Of a stretch of DNA of 64,000 nucleotides, positions 35,450-48,921 are shown piece by piece (position 1 is the stretch's first letter; each line of letters opens with the position of its first letter). The notes beneath the pieces were generated by a model, which worked only from the letters and a program-made list of their open reading frames with translations, had not been told where the DNA came from and made no database searches. The stretch is taken from NCBI RefSeq assembly GCF_964213995.1, contig NW_027590160.1, positions 1-64,000 of the forward strand. Direction: 5' to 3'. The position numbers and the translations under genes are program-made. Source of the DNA: Mustelus asterias (lineage: Eukaryota).

Positions 35450-35720
35450 AGAATCATAGAATCCCTATAGTGCAGAAGGAGGCCATTCGGCCCATCAAGC
35501 CTGCACCGACAACGATCCCATCCAGGCCCTATTCCTGTAATCTCATGCCCCAACATGAAAGGGGCAATTTATCATGGCTAATCCACCTAACCTGCACATC
35601 TTTGGACTGTGGGAGGAAACCCACGCAGACACGGGGAGAATGTGCAAACTCCACACAGTAACCTGAGGCTGGAATTGAACCCAGGTCCCTGGCGCTGTGA
35701 GGCAGCAGTGCTGACCACAT
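35450..35720 (-). mobile_element. HE1-like SINE, tail type A
   Basis: Reverse-complement match to the other copies. Confidence 0.85.
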
Positions 35721-35854
35721 GTGACCAATAACCAAGGACATGGCAGACATGACCAGTGTGTGAATTGCTGATGAATGGTCTTGTCCCTGTTGTTCCAATC
35801 TGTGTCCACAAAGGGACAATCCAATGGCAGAGCCATTGCCCAGCATTCACTGCG

Positions 35855-36210
35855 GGAGCTGCTGCGCATGCGCACTGTCAGGCTGTGATTGGAGCATGCG
35901 CGGTGCGGGTGCTGCAGCTTGACGGAAGCGCGAGGCGGTCGTGTGGCTTTCGCAACGGGTGAAATAAAACACCGAGTGTGGATGGGGAACGGAGCCGGTG
36001 GGTGGAGAGATTTCATTACCACCAGACTCGGCTCGCAAAGTTCGAGTAAAAATCTAACGGTCCCCCATTTGGACCGAGACGGTTGTTCTCTCGGTGTCGG
36101 GCCGGGCTCGCCGGCCGCCATCTTTATAAGGGGCAATGTTCCGGCAAGGGCGCTGCCATCTTTATAAGGGGCAATGTTCCGGCTAGGACGCTGCCATCTT
36201 TATAGGGGGC
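35855..36210 (+). promoter_or_regulatory. CpG-rich promoter-like region for unit 6 with a 38-bp triplicated GCCAT unit
   Basis: TGCGCATGCGCA at about 35863, GATTGG, CCGCCATCTT; GCCATCTTTATA(A)GGGGCAAT x3 at about 36117-36213. Confidence 0.6.
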
Positions 36211-36556
36211 AATACCAGCAGCAGGACAGAGCTTTATGCATTTCTATGTTAAAAGCAAAATTCTGTGAGTTCTAGAAATCTGAAATAAAAACCGAAAATG
36301 GTGGATTGCTAACCTGGACTGACAATAATGTATTTACAGGATACTCGGAGGAGAGAATTCACAATTCAAAACATTGTATCTAGATTCAGTCGATTCATCA
36401 AGATCATTGACCTTTGAATGTGTAAAGAAGCTGTTCTGTCTGTGGGAAATTATTTCAGCTATCAATGTGTCTGGTATTTGGATATAAGACTGATAATTTC
36501 AAAATCAAGATTCCGCTTGACTGGAAATCATGACAAAGTACTGCAGATGCTGAAAT

Positions 36557-36652
36557 CTGATGAAGGGTCATCCTGACTCGAAAAGTTGGCTCTATTCTCT
36601 GTCCACAGATGCTGTCAGACCTGCTGAGAGTTTCCAGCAGTTTCTGCTTTTG
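36557..36652 (+). mobile_element. Penelope-type repeat with hammerhead core (stem I apparently lost)
   Basis: CTGATGA-A-GGGTC-ATCCT-GACTC-GAAA. Confidence 0.55.
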
Positions 36653-37199
36653 TTGTGACTGGGAATCAATGTGGGTGAGCAGGCACTGAGGTCTTGGGGC
36701 TAACTGGACTTGCTGTCATAGAGTCACACAGCACAGAAAGAGGTCCTTCAGCCCATAAGTGAACAAGCGAGGAAAAGATGTTCCACAGCATCAGAATTGT
36801 CTATTTAGAATTTCTGTCCTGTACTTACGAGGATTCATTTTATAAACTCCTTTTACAGGCTATGAGAAAGGGAGGAATTCCAAACAAGAACATCAAACCA
36901 AACATGACATCCAACATCTACTCACTTGATTCATCAGCGCTTGAATATTGTGAACCTTTGAATGTGGAATGAGAAATGTTTCTCTGTTTCTGTCTGAGGA
37001 TTTCAAACTGAAAGTTTTGAAACAATTGACTGGAAAAGCACCGAGTGAGAGTGTTCCAGTGAACTGACTGTGGAAAGAGCTTTAACCAGTTATACAGCCT
37101 GATAAAACATCACATCATTCACAGCAAGGAGAAACCATACAGTTTGGACAAGGTTTCAACTGATTGTCCAATCTGGAGAGTCACAAGGACACTGGCATC

Positions 37200-37867
37200 A
37201 TGGAGAAACTGTGGAAATGTGGGGACTGTGGGAAGAGCTTCAATTACCCAAAGCTGAGAAAACGTTATCATTGTCACACTGGGGAGACACCATTCACCTG
37301 CTCTGTATGTGGGAAGCGATTCACTCAGTCATCCCATCTCACTGACCATCAACTTGTACACAGTGATCAGAGACCTTTTAAATGCTCTGATTGTGAGAAG
37401 AGGTTTAAAAGCAAGAAGCATCTGGTAGCACATCAGCTTGTCCACACTGGGGAGAGGCCGTTCCTCTGTTCTGTGTGTGGGAAGAGATTCAATCGGTCAT
37501 CCCACCTTCTGACACATCAGCAAGTTCACACTGGGGAGAGACCATTCCTCTGCTCTGTGTGTGGTAAGGATTCATTCAGTCATCCCAACTTCTGAGACAT
37601 CAGCGAGTTCACACTGGGGAGAGGCCATTTACCTGCTCTGAGTGTGGGAAGGGATTCAGTCAGTTGTCCGACCTTCTGGTACACCAGCGAGTTCACACTG
37701 GGGAGAGGCCATTCACCTGTTCTGTATGTCGGAACAGCTTTGCTCAGTCATCTACTCTTCAGAGACACCGAGTTCATACTGGAGAGAGGCCATTCACCTG
37801 CTCTGAGTGTGAGAAGGGATTCATTCAGTTATCCGACCTTCTGAGACACCAGCGAGTTCACAAATGA
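37200..37867 (+). pseudogene. ZNF unit 6, 8 fingers with a frameshift near 37570 (or a truncated 3-finger product)
   Basis: MEKLWKC start with a degenerate first finger; 1-nt loss in GGTAAGGATTC; the rest continues in another frame to HK*. Confidence 0.8.
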
Positions 37868-38389
37868 TTGTAGAATTTGGAGTTTGTCATTGCTGCTTTT
37901 AGTGACATCCCGGACTGAACATGTGGCTGTGTAAGCTGAGGTGTGTAAGGAATGTGTCCCAGCCACGCTCTTCCATGATTCAGTGGTCCTGGAGGGAGAA
38001 CAGAAACTCCTTTACAACTGGGTTTAGAGTCAGGAAGAACAACGGTGAATATTGGAAATGTGATGTCAAGTCAGAGATTGGTGTTAAATTGGGATCTGTT
38101 CCAGACTGAGACTTTGAGAAGAAATAGAAATGTGGAATGAACATTTAAAATGTTTGTGATATTCCTGATCTATCATTGTCAGACAATAACAACACTCTAC
38201 ATTTATATTGTCTCTTTAACAGAGTAAATGTGAAAACTGACACTGTTTTCAGATGTTGTCACTGATGGGAATATGTTGATAAGAAATAAGAGGCCAAGCC
38301 TCTGGAGACACCAGAGGTAAGTGTGGGAATGGGAAGGGAAGATATTATAAGTGATTCTCTGACTCTGATTGAAGAGAGAAGAATAGGTT

Positions 38390-38662
38390 TAAAGTTTAAT
38401 GTTTATTTATTAGTTTCACAAGTAGGCTTACATTAACATTGCGATGAAGTTACTATGAAAATCCCCTAGTCGCCACATTCCTGCGCCTGTTTGGGTACAC
38501 TGAGGGAGAATTTGGCATGGTCAATGCGAACCAGTACATCTTTTGAACTGTGGAGGAAACCAGAACATCCGGAGGAAACCCACACAGACAGTGACCCAGA
38601 ATCGAACCCGAGTCCCTGGTGCTTGAGACGGCAGTGCTAACCACTGTGCCACCGTGCCGCCC
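38390..38662 (-). mobile_element. HE1-like SINE, tail type B
   Basis: Reverse-complement match. Confidence 0.82.
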
Positions 38663-38934
38663 ATGTAGAACCAGAAGAGAGTAGCCCCACCCAGCTGGAC
38701 GACAGTGGAGAGGGATGGAGCAGAATGATGTGGGCGACCTTGCCAAAGGCTGCAAATAGGTCGAGGATAAAAAGGGAAAGTTCATTTTTGTTGCAGTCAC
38801 ATAGGATGTCAGTGCGGACTTTGATAAGAGCTGTTTCAGTAATGTGGCAAGGCAGAAACCTGATTGAAGAATTCAAATATGGAGTTCTGGGAAAGATGGC
38901 CTTGGGTTTTGGGAGAAGGCAAAACATTCAGAAT

Positions 38935-39470
38935 GAATGAGGGGGCGGGGCTGGAGGACCGAGCGAGAGCGGCTGGTCCTCCAACCAATCGGAGTGAATG
39001 AGGGGCGGGGCTAAGGGCCAGTTGCGCTGTGGTGATCTGGAGCATGCGCAGTGCCGATCACTGGGGATTGAGGCGGTTGCGGAAATATTCAGTCCGGGCG
39101 ATAACACCGGGTAAATCAGGAATGAGTGATGGAGCCGGTGGGTGGGCGGACTTCGAGGCTTCATAAAAGTCCCGTGGAGGCCGCAAGCCCCCAATAGGAA
39201 GCTCGGATTCGATATTTGAACCGTTGAAAGGTTGTTCGGGCTTTTCCCCCGATTCAGGCCCGGGTGAACGACCGCCATCTTGACAGTGTGCGGCCGAGCG
39301 CACGCGCAGACAGAGGGAGCTCCATGCTCAGCCCCCTCCGCCCCGATTCAGTCTGATTGGTTGGAGGACCAGCCGCTTGTGCTCGGTCCTCCAGCCCCGC
39401 CCCCTCCTCCTATTGGTCCGGAGCTGCCGTCAATCAGCTCCCGGGCATTGTGATGTGGAGCATGCGCAGT
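38935..39470. promoter_or_regulatory. Two type I cassettes in inverted orientation flanking an NRF1/YY1-containing spacer
   Basis: Minus cassette 38935-39012; GCATGCGCA at about 39042; CCGCCATCTT at about 39272; plus cassette 39345-39470. Confidence 0.65.
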
Positions 39471-41069
39471 GTCATTGCTGTCCTTGTCCCGGAGAAGCGG
39501 AGTCAGCGTTAGGCGGTGGCTGGGAGGATTTGGAAACACTTTGTGGATCCGCAAACCCTTCAGAATCATTGTCAGCTCCCTGGTTTGCAGCTGCGCGGCT
39601 TCTCCCTCCCTCCCTCCCGGGAACAGGCCCAGGTTAACGGCCCCATCCTGGCTCAGCCACTGGAGGATGGTTCACATCAGAGGATGGGGGAGGGGGACAA
39701 TAAATAAGAGGTTACACTTTGGCCTCAAATCAATGAGGACTCTGATCTCTGGGAAGGAAGGAAACCCTGGGAGGTGGGCGGGGAGGATTCACAAACACCC
39801 GCTGGAGGCCCCAACACCCCCAGTAAAAAGCTGCAGCTCCCGGGTTTGCAGCTTTTTCCCGGGAGAGAGTTGGGGAAGTTTTGTGGAGACAATTCCCGGC
39901 TGGTTCAGTTAGTGGTCAATGAAGCTCAGAAATCCTGAGTCAGGATCCTCATTGGGTGGTTGTTTTATTAAAATATTATTATTCATCTGTCGAAGAAAAT
40001 ATTAATTTGTTTTGAAGAATCATTTTTATAGCGTTTGTGAAAATGTCCATTAAAATAGCCGTTTTTCCAATGTATTTCTGATGAGAATTTTAATATTACT
40101 GATTTGGGAATTGATTCTCGGGAATGGTCATTCTGAAAATGATTATGTTTTAATTTACTCCATAATGCCAGAAGTCAGTTTGTATTTCAAATGTAATTTA
40201 GAATGTCTGGGAGCAAATGTTAAAATGAGGTTTGAGACACCAGCTGCCATTACTTCCTGTGACTGATGATACCTTTGTGCCTGTGCAGGAGGTAATTCCC
40301 CTGGTGCTGTGGCACAAATAAAATGGAGCCTTTCCTCGGAACAGGTCCGTGTTAACGGTCACCGTGTTGTTTCAGTGGTGAGCAGGGGACGTGTGGCCAT
40401 TGTGGTAACAACAGAGTCGGTGGAACTTCATGTCCCCTGACCTTAAAAGAAAATAATTGACTCCTTGGTTGTACAGTCAATCTGCACATGATCTGGAGAA
40501 CTGAATCCAGCCAGAGTGACAAGGCAGAGGGAGCTGGTCTCAGAGTGGAGACATGAAATGGTGGAGATGGGGCAAGGAGTTTGATTTAGACCAGGGACAA
40601 GAGAGAGTGTGTGGGATGGAGATTACAGCTCAAGATAAATGAGATGAAGAAGTGTTCCATGGAAACTCGAATTGTCTGTTATGAATTAGTTTTTTAAGCT
40701 CTTTTTGCAGGGAACTAGAAGAGGAGGATTCACAGACAGGAAACTCAAACTAAACTTCAGGTCAAGGTCTACAGAACCATTTGATTCATCATGACCTCAG
40801 TATGATTGCTTTTTACAGTGGAGGGAGAAATCATTGCCTGTTTTGTCAGTGGAAGAAAATTTTAAAAATTCAATGTGGCAGAAAAAGACCCGAGACACAC
40901 ACCCCCGAGTGAGAGTGTTCCAGTGAACTGACTGAAAAGAGCTTTAACCGGTTACACAGCCTGAAAAAAATCACACCATTCACAGTGAGAAGAAACCATA
41001 AACGTGGTCCGTGTGTGGATAAGGCTTCAACTGATCATCCAACCTGGAGAGACACAAGGTCACCTGCAC

Positions 41070-41950
41070 CGTGGAAATGTGAGGATTGTGGTAAAGAATT
41101 CAATTATCCATACTTGCTGGAAAACCATAGACACAGTCACACTGGAGAGAGGCCATTCACCTGCTCCGTGTGTGGGAAAGGATTCACTACCTCATCCCAC
41201 CTGCTCTTACACCAGCAAATTCACACTGAGGAGAGGCCGTACAGCTGCTCCACCTGTGGAAAGGGGTTCTCATATTCATCCAACCTCGGTGTACATCAGC
41301 GAGTTCACACTGGGGAGAGATCGTTCACCTGCTCCTTGTGTGGGAAGGAATTGCTGGGCCATCCGGTCTTTGGTCACACCAGCGAATTCATACAGGGGAG
41401 AAGACATTCACCTATTCTGTGTGTGGTAGAAATTCACTCTGTCATCTAACCTGCTGTCACACCAGCGAGTTCACACAGAGGAGAGACCGTTCAGCTTTCC
41501 TGTGGAAAGAGGTTCAGGTCTTCATCCAACCTCAGTGCACACAAGCAAGTTCACACTGGGGAAAGGTCGTTCACCTGTTCCACGTGTGGGAGGGAATTCA
41601 CCAATTCATCCGGCCTCCTGTCACATCAGTGAATTCACACTGAGGAGAAGCCATTTATTTGCACATACTGTGGAAAGAGTTTCAGGCAGTTATCAATCCT
41701 CACTGCACATCAACACACACACACTGGGGAGAGACCATTCACTTGCTCCATGTGTGGGAAGGGATTCACTCAGTCGGGCAGCCTGCATTTACACGAGCTC
41801 ACCCACACTGGGGAGAGGCCATTCACCTGCTCTGTGTGTGGGAAGGGATACACTCGGTCATCCCACTTGCTGACACCTCTGCAAGTTCACAATTGTCAGC
41901 AGGAGTTAGATTTTGCAGTTACTGCTGCTGTTAATCACATTCAGGATTGA
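41070..41950 (+). pseudogene. Multiply frameshifted ZNF pseudogene (unit 7), duplicate of unit 3
   Basis: [23 protein letters not shown]; start ATG lost; several frame changes; ends VNHIQD*. Confidence 0.85.
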
Positions 41951-42818
41951 TATTCTGACAATATTGGTTTGTTTCTGCTGACATTAACAATCCCTACAAC
42001 TGGAATTCTGCTTTAATATTCTGAGATGTCACTGATTTTCAGGGCTGTTGTGTCCCCTTTTAAACGTACTATCTGTGATTTTTTTTTTTGTTTTATTCAG
42101 GAACTTGTTTATAATACATTTTCCTTCAGTCTGAAATTGACATTTGGTACAAACTACAATTCAGTGTCTGAAAGATTCCACTGATTAAGATTTCCAATGA
42201 GAAAATGCTGACAATTCTTACTGACTTACACATTCTTCACAGTGACACTTCCACGATCACATTTAATTATCAAGGAACATAAAACAATGCACAGATACTT
42301 GTTGGTACTGAACTTGAATATTGCTGACAAGAGAGACATGTTGCTGAATCTTTTCAGCATGCACTCATCAGGACAAACGGAAGAATGCCAAATTTTAAAT
42401 GATTGCAATTTATACTACAGGAGAAAAGGGTGCTAATTGGTGGACTCTCATTGACTTGAAGCTTTGCCATGGAGAAACCAATAGGAGACTGTAGGTTTCT
42501 CAAGCTTCTGGGAAATTCAAAAAAGGTGCAAGGCTTTTGTTTGCAGGGAAAGGATCGCTGCATATATATGTATGTCACTTCTCGCAAATATAACTGAGCC
42601 GTATTATGAACTCGACTGATTATCTTCAATTGATTGAGTGTAGCTATTAGCACACTCAGGATTGTTCAGCAAGTGCTGCCCAATCTGTAATCACAGTAAA
42701 CATTGTATTTTTGGTTTTGTGAGTGTGGGCTGCTGAAAAGAAAATCACGACCCATTATGAACAAATCGAGGAACATGCTGTTTTATTCTGTCAGCCATTT
42801 ACTGGGCTAGCCGGCACT

Positions 42819-45800
42819 GTAATGTTCACCATTTTATATTCAAATCTGGGGGGGATAATGTTCACTGTTTTATATTCGGGTCTGGGGGATAATGTTCACC
42901 ATTTTATATTCAAATCTGGGGGGGGATAATGTTCACTGTTTTATATTCGGGTCTGGGGGATAATGTTCACTGTTTCATATTCGGGTCTGGGGTGGATAAT
43001 GTTCACTGTTTTATATTCGGGTCTGGGGGGGGATAATGTTCACTGTTTTATACTCGGGTCTTGGGGATAATGTTCACTGTTTTATATTTGGGTCTGGGGG
43101 ATAATGTTCACTGTTTTATATTCGGGTCTGGGGGGGGATAATGTTCACTGTTTTATATTCGGGTCTGGGGGGGGGGATAATGTTCACTGTTTTATATTCG
43201 GGTCTGGGTCAATAATCTTCACTGTTTTATATTCGGGTCTGGGGGATAATGTTCACTGTTTTATATTCGGGTCTGGGGGATAATGTTCACTCTTTTCTCT
43301 TCAGGTCTGGGTCAATAATCTTCACTGTTTTATATTCGGGTCTGGGGGGGATAATGTTCACTGTTTTATATTCGGGTCTGGGTCAATAATCTTCACTGTT
43401 TTATATTCGGGTCTGGGGGATAATGTTTACTGTTTTATATTTGGGTCTGGGGGGGATAATGTTCACTGTTTTATATTCGGGTCTGGGGGGGATAATGTTC
43501 ACTGTTTTATATTCGGGTCTGGGGGGGAGAAAGTTCACTGTTTTATATTCGGGTCTGGGGGATAATGTTCACTGTTTTATATTTGGGTCTGGGGGATAAT
43601 GTTCACTGTTTTATATTCGGGTCTGGGGGATAATGTTCACTGTTTTATATTTGGGTCTGGGGGATAATGTTCACTGTTTTATATTCGGGTCTGGGGGGGA
43701 TAATGTTCACTGTTTTATATTCGGGTCTGGGGGGGATAATGTTCACTGTTTTATATTCGGGTCTGGGGGGATAATGTTCACTGTTTTATATTCGGGTCTG
43801 GGGGATAATGTTCACTGTTTTATATTCGGGTCTGGGGGGGGATAATGTTCACTGTTTTATATTCGGGTCTGGGGGGATAATGTTCACTGTTTTATATTCG
43901 GGTCTGGGGGGGGATAATGTTCACTGTTTTATATTTGGGTCTGGGGGATAATGTTCACTGTTTTATATTCGGGTCTGGGGGTGGGATAATGTTCACTTTT
44001 ATATTCGGGTCTGGGGGGGGATAATGTTCACTGTTTTATATTCAGGTCTGGGGGGGATAATGTTCACTGTTTTATATTCGGGTCTGGGGGATAATGTTCA
44101 CCATTTTATATTCAAATCTGGGGGGGGATAATGTTCACTGTTTTATATTCGGGTCTGGGGGATAATGTTCACTGTTTCATATTCGGGTCTGGGGTGGATA
44201 ATGTTCACTGTTTTATATTCGGGTCTGGGGGGGATAATGTTCACTGTTTTATACTCGGGTCTTGGGGATAATGTTCACTGTTTTATATTTGGGTCTGGGG
44301 GATAATGTTCACTGTTTTATATTCGGGTCTGGGGGGGGATAATGTTCACTGTTTTATATTCGGGTCTGGGGGGGGGGGATAATGTTCACTGTTTTATATT
44401 CGGGTCTGGGTCAATAATCTTCACTGTTTTATATTCGGGTCTGGGGGATAATGTTCACTGTTTTATATTCGGGTCTGGGGGATAATGTTCACTCTTTTCT
44501 CTTCAGGTCTGGGTCAATAATCTTCACTGTTTTATATTCGGGTCTGGGGGGGATAATGTTCACTGTTTTATATTCGGGTCTGGGTCAATAATCTTCACTG
44601 TTTTATATTCGGGTCTGGGGGATAATGTTTACTGTTTTATATTTGGGTCTGGGGGGGATAATGTTCACTGTTTTATATTCGGGTCTGGGGGGGATAATGT
44701 TCACTGTTTTATATTCGGGTCTGGGGGGGAGAATGTTCACTGTTTTATATTCGGGTCTGGGGGATAATGTTCACTGTTTTATATTTGGGTCTGGGGGATA
44801 ATGTTCACTGTTTTATATTCGGGTCTGGGGGATAATGTTCACTGTTTTATATTTGGGTCTGGGGGGGGATAATGTTCACTGTTTTATATTTGGGTCTGGG
44901 GGGGGATAATGTTCACTGTTTTATATTTGGGTCTGGGGGGGGATAATGTTCACTGTTTTATATTCGGGTCTGGGGGGGATAATGTTCACTGTTTTATATT
45001 CAGGTCTGGGGGATAATGTTCACTGTTTTATATTCGGGTCTGGGGGGATAATGTTCACTGTTTTATATTCGGGTCTGGGGGGGGATAATGTTCACTGTTT
45101 TATATTCGGGTCTGGGGGGATAATGTTCACTGTTTTATATTCGGGTCTGGGGGGGATAATGTTCACTGTTTTATATTTGGGTCTGGGGGATAATGTTCAC
45201 TGTTTTATATTCGGGTCTGGGGGTGGGATAATGTTCACTTTTATATTCGGGTCTGGGGGGGGATAATGTTCACTGTTTTATATTCAGGTCTGGGGGGAGA
45301 ATGTTCACTGTTTTATATTCGGGTCTGGGGGGGATAATGTTCACTGTTTTATATTCGGGTCTGGGGGGGGATAATGTTCACTGTTTTATATTCGGGTCTG
45401 GGGGATAATGTTCACTGTTTTATATTCGGGTCTGGGGGATAATGTTCGCTGTTTTATATTCGGGTCTGGGGGGATAATGTTCACTGTTTTATATTCGGGT
45501 CTGGGGGGGATAATCTTCACTGTTTTATATTCGGGTCTGGGGGATAATGTTTTCTGTTTTATATTTGGGTCTGGGGGGGGATAATGTTCACTGTTTTATA
45601 TTCGGGTCTGGGGGGGATAATGTTCACTGTTTTATATTCGGGTCTGGGGGGGATAATGTTCACTGTTTTATATTCGGGACCGGGGGGGAGAATGTTCACT
45701 GTTTTATATTCGGGTCTGGGGGATAATGTTCACTGTTTTATATTTGGGTCTGGGGGATAATGTTCACTGTTTTATATTCGGGTCGGGGGGGGGGATAATG

Positions 45801-46670
45801 TTCACTGTTTTATATTCGGGTCTGGGGGGGATAATGTTCACTGTTTTATATTTGGGTCTGGGGGATAATGTTCACTGTTTTATATTCGGGTCTGGGGGGG
45901 ATAATGTTCACTGTTTTATATTCGGGTCTGGGGGATAATGTTCACTGTTTTATATTCGGGTCTGGGGGATAATGTTCACTGTTTTATATTCGGGTCTGGG
46001 GGGGATAATGTTCACTGTTTTATATTCGGGTCTGGGGGGGGATAATGTTCACTGTTTTATATTCAGGTCTGGGGGATAATGTTCACTGTTTTATATTCGG
46101 GTCTGGGGGATAATGTTCGCTGTTTTATATTCGGGTCTGGGGGGATAAGATTCACTGTTTTATATTCGGGTCTGGGGGGGATAATGTTCACTGTTTTATA
46201 TTCGGGTCTGGGGGGGGGATAATGTTCACTTTTATATTCGGGTCTGGGGGGGGATAATGTTCACTGTTTTATATTCGGGTCTGGGGGGGGGATAATGTTC
46301 ACTTTTATATTCGGGTCTGGGGGGGGATAATGTTCACTGTTTTATATTCAGGTCTGGGGGGAGAATGTTCACTGTTTTATATTCAGGTCTGGGGGGGATA
46401 ATGTTCACTGTTTTATATTTGGGTCTCGGGGGGATAATGTTCACTGTTTTATATTCAGGTCTGGGGGGGATAATGTTCACTGTTTTATATTCGGGTCTGG
46501 GGGGGATAATGTTCACTGTTTTATATTCGGGTTTGCGGGGGAGAATGTTCACTGTTTTATATTCGGGTCTGGGGGGCATAATGTTCACTGTTTTATATTC
46601 GGGTCTGGGGGGGATAATGTTCACTGTTTTATATTCGGGTCTGGGGGGGAATAATGTTCACTGTCTGGGG
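42819..46670. repeat. G-rich satellite, unit ATAATGTTCACTGTTTTATATTCGGGTCT(G)n, about 33-38 bp, over 100 copies
   Basis: Direct reading; variable G-run; about 1.2-kb higher-order duplication. Confidence 0.97.
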
Positions 46671-47997
46671 TTTGTGAGCTCGGGTTGATTCTGCCTACGG
46701 TGCATTCTCAGTTGTCAGAGCTCTCATTAAAAGCCCTAATTTCCAGTCAGTGACTGAGTTGTCTCTGATGGGATGGAGAATCAGAGTGGGGGTAATGTGC
46801 TTCATGGACAGCGATGGGTGGGAGTGAGTATAAAATAAACCAGGACTACACCAAGTAGTTTTGAGAACATTGAAACCATCACAAAATATCACAGCATCAT
46901 GTTGGAAAACAGAATACTTTATCTGAATCTTTGATCAATTTTGTTTGATTCAATATTGTGAGTGACTTGTTGGATTGCTGGTTATTTTCTAAAGGCAGCT
47001 CAGCACCATCATTTTGGCCATAAACTCGGCCCTGGTAACTGCTGCTTTTTTTCTGCACCTTCTGTTTTAATTTTAAGTGGAACCTTAATATTTGCTTGGT
47101 ACACCGGCCGATTGATCTTTCCAGGGGTGAGTGTGTCTGAGAAATATACAACTAAAAAAATTCTCTATTTACCTCCTGCATTGCTGCAGTAAATATACAT
47201 TGTTCTGACTCTGCCAGCAGGGCTGTGGAATTAATTGGATCGATCTTAAAGAGAGCCCGGCTGGGCAGGATAAAGTCACAGAGGTTTACAGCATGGAAAC
47301 GTGAGCCAAATGGTTTCCATCTGTGATGTATCATTGCATAAAACAGAATATTCAGTCTCAGGAGAAAGAAAGTGAAATAAACCAGTTTCTGGGGGATTTA
47401 CCCAATCAGTATGAGCACCTTCAGGAGAGCGGGGGGAGGGGGGAAACCAGTGAGAAATGTTTTAAAAACTCAGGGTGTTCCCACAGGAGAGCACTGGTTT
47501 AAATCAATTTTAGAAATGGAGAATGGCAGTGCACAAATTCAGAGGAATGTATTTTAAAAAATTAATTGATCTCAATTGCACAAGATAATTTTCTATTATG
47601 TCTTTGATTGACAATGGCGCTGTTAATTCCCAGGTGCTCCTGCGGTTGTGAACGTGCCCTATTCTTCCGGTGAAGCGGGCAGAGAGGGGAGTGATTTTTG
47701 GAGGGCAGAACTGGAAGATAAGATAAGCTGAATTTATTTTTACTTACTTTTTTCGGAGTTGTTTTTTTCCTGAGAAACAGGAAACTGGAAGTCAGCCGTA
47801 GGGAGACCTGGGACGTTTTTTTTTTTTGCCCACTAAATTTGAACGGGGAGGTAACCCGAGACTCTACACGTGTATAGAGTCTCCCACCCTCCCTCCTCCT
47901 CTAACCTAAAAAAAAAGACTCGGTGTGAGAGCAGGTGAGCTTTCTTTTTCTTTTTCTTCTTTTCTCTTTCGTTTATTAGTTCGGGAAGTTAGCAGGG

Positions 47998-48921
47998 ATG
48001 TCAGTGCAGGCAGTGCAATGTTCCTCCTGTGGGATGTGTGAGGTGAGGGACACCATTAGTGTCCCAGCTGAGTACACCTGCAGGAAGTGCACCCAATTCC
48101 AGCTCCTTGAAGACCATGTTAGGGATCTGGAGTTGGAACTGGATGAACTCAGGATCATTCGGGAGGCAGAGACAGTTATAGATAAAAGCTACAGGGAGGT
48201 TCATACTCCTAGGAATGAGGATACTTGGGTGACTGTTAGAAAGGGTAAGAAGCAGACAGTGCAGCGATCCCCTGTGGCCGTTCCTCTGTATAACAAGTAT
48301 ACCGTTTTGGATACTGTTGGGGAGGGCGACTTACCAGGGGTAAGCCATGGGGTACAGATCTCTGGCACAGAGTCTGTCCCTGTTGCTCAGAAGGGAAAGG
48401 GGGGGAGGAGTAGAGCATTAGTCATTGGGAACTGCATAGTTAGGGGGACAGATCGGAGATTCTGTGAGAGCGAGAGGGACTCGCGGCTGGTGTGTTGCCT
48501 CCCAGGTACCAGGGTCTTTGATGTCTCGGATCGTGTTTTCAAGATCCTTAAGGGGGAAGGGGACCAGCCCCAAGTTGTGGTCCACACAGGCACCAATGAC
48601 ATAGGTAGGAAAAGAGATGGGGATATAAGGCAGAAATTCAGGGAGTTAGGGTGGAAGCTTAGAGCGAGAACAAATAGAGTTGTTATCTCTGGTTTGTTAC
48701 CCGTGCCACGTGCTAGTGAGGAGAGGAATAGGGAGAGAGAGCAGTTGAACACGTGGCTACAGGAATGGTGCAGGAGGGAAGGATTTAGATACCTGGATAA
48801 TTGGCGCTCATTCTGGGGTAGGTGGGACCTCTACAAACGGGATGGTCTTCACCTGGACCAGAGGGGTACTAATATCCTGGGGGGGAAATTTGCTAATGCT
48901 CTTCGGGAGGGTTTAAACTAA
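47998..48921 (+). CDS. CR1 ORF1p (zinc finger plus SGNH-esterase-like domain)
   Basis: CSSC...CRKC, GTND, DGLH; the GDS motif reads GNC. Confidence 0.85.
   Translation: MSVQAVQCSSCGMCEVRDTISVPAEYTCRKCTQFQLLEDHVRDLELELDELRIIREAETVIDKSYREVHTPRNEDTWVTVRKGKKQTVQRSPVAVPLYNKYTVLDTVGEGDLPGVSHGVQISGTESVPVAQKGKGGRSRALVIGNCIVRGTDRRFCESERDSRLVCCLPGTRVFDVSDRVFKILKGEGDQPQVVVHTGTNDIGRKRDGDIRQKFRELGWKLRARTNRVVISGLLPVPRASEERNREREQLNTWLQEWCRREGFRYLDNWRSFWGRWDLYKRDGLHLDQRGTNILGGKFANALREGLN

Noticed and set aside
42819-46670. CRISPR array, or coding repeats such as MFTVLYSGLGG
   Set aside because: No unique spacers, only G-run length variation; no cas genes; vertebrate context; frames shift with each G-run.
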